Shown: piece by piece, positions 62,880 through 64,000 of the stretch
Numbering within the stretch: the first letter of the stretch is position 1
How the letters are laid out: each line of letters starts with the position of its first letter
Assembly (NCBI GenBank): GCA_036172245.1
Contig: JAYWIR010000041.1
Coordinates: 310,001 to 374,000, forward strand
Length of the DNA: 64,000 bases
Origin: Raillietiella orientalis
Lineage: Eukaryota
Direction of reading: 5' to 3'
The notes under the pieces: model-generated
Seen by the model: the letters and a program-made list of their open reading frames with translations, nothing else
Databases searched by the model: none
Told to the model about the DNA's origin: nothing
Translations under genes and position numbers: made by a program

Positions 62880-64000
62880 CCTTCCTCCGTGCTTTGGAAC
62901 AGCTCGCTTCCTCACTCTCAAAGATCACTTGAAATCCCCAATTAAACCACTGCCTACTCTCAAATAATGGACACACGCATTCATTTGTTTGGGCGATAAA
63001 TTAAGTGATAATAGGAAAGCGACTAATTGATCATTTATCAGAAAGGATCGATCACCTTTGATAGATGATCAAAAACAGAACGTTTTTTTTTTTTTTTTTT
63101 TCTTTTAACTTGACAAAAGTGTGGCTTCGGGGCCGTTTCTTAGCGAAAGGAAACTGCGAGCATGCCTTCAAAGAATCAGCAAAGTATGATCGATATGGAA
63201 ACGAAATCTCATCTGGTTTTCTCTTCCTTCTTCCTCCCCTCCCCCTCACTGCGTCGCAGGTGTATGTAGGGAAAGACCAATTGATAAAACGAGTCATTGG
63301 CTTCACCACTGCATGAACCGTGTACGGATTATTCCATGGATAGAGGAACAGGGGATGTCGCCTGCTCGGAGCGACAAGTCACACTCTTGCGAGTGGGACG
63401 CTTGCCCCACGGCCTTTCCCGGAGCCGCTGCGATCCCCTATTCTCGGAGGAATACCTGCCACGGCGGCGACGCTCATCCGTTTGGGTCTTCCCTTGGAAT
63501 GACACGGTTCGGCCCATTTGTCTTCGACACATCGCGAAGCATCCGTGGCTGGTGAAAAGCTGCGGTTCTGCCAGCGGAGGCCCCGTGGCCCGAGCGTTCG
63601 GGCCGGAGAGCGGCACGTCTGATTGCCCTCTGTGTGTGCAAGAAATTCCCGGCTGCTCGGACGTCTCTTTGGCGATTGTCTTCACGCTTCTGCGGCGTCT
63701 CGCGCCGTTTTCCGTCTTTTTCGACTCTCCGGCGAGAAACGGTCGTTTTCCTCGCCACCACATCTGCCTCCGTTCATCGTCAGACGGAAGAAGGAGGAGG
63801 AGAAGAAGAAGATGGAATTCTCGTGCTTTTTATTACGTAGAAGTTGTAAACTTTCGAGCGCTTTCCGTGTGCCTCCGCGTTCCCTCCTTGGCCGTTCGGA
63901 CGGCAAAGCTCAGACCGTGATTCCGGTTAGGCAGCAGAGCAAGCGAGGTATAACAGCAGCGTAGTGCTTTTTTGGCATGCAAAAAAAGATATTCGCACGT

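Noticed and set aside
63579..63625. GGCCCCGTGGCCCGAGCG resembling a tRNA/SINE 5' end
   Set aside because: No anticodon arm, T-arm or B box follows.
51000..64000. Many overlapping 100-240 aa ORFs on both strands around Dll
   Set aside because: Expected in GC-rich non-coding DNA. They run through homopolymers and microsatellites and show no domain motifs; only the Dll exons are supported.

Overview
Eukaryotic (animal, probably arthropod) nuclear DNA with spliceosomal introns, so most of the supplied six-frame ORFs, with their TTG/GTG starts, are not real genes. Four protein-coding genes could be reconstructed by hand. (1) An extended synaptotagmin (E-Syt2-type; +, 4496-11180) with a tandem pair of mutually exclusive C2A exons. 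(2) A compact adenomatous polyposis coli homolog (APC; -, 28183-15450, about 1406 aa). (3) Mitochondrial ribosomal protein S23 (+, 34044-34696). (4) The 5' part of Distal-less (Dll; +, about 54121-57405; the helix-3 exon lies beyond the window). Many introns are very short (37-58 nt). The housekeeping block is AT-rich and CpG-poor, while the Dll domain (from about 36.7 kb) is GC/CpG-rich and scattered with decayed non-LTR retrotransposon pieces and microsatellites. The best leads are all sequence-based hypotheses: a competing docking/selector RNA-pairing switch for the E-Syt exons, a 27-nt in-frame microexon that would insert 9 aa into the Dll homeodomain, an unresolved Dll start (50-nt intron versus non-AUG initiation), and an array of CTTCGG hairpin repeats at 2.7-3.1 kb. 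No prokaryotic-type system (CRISPR, operon) is present.
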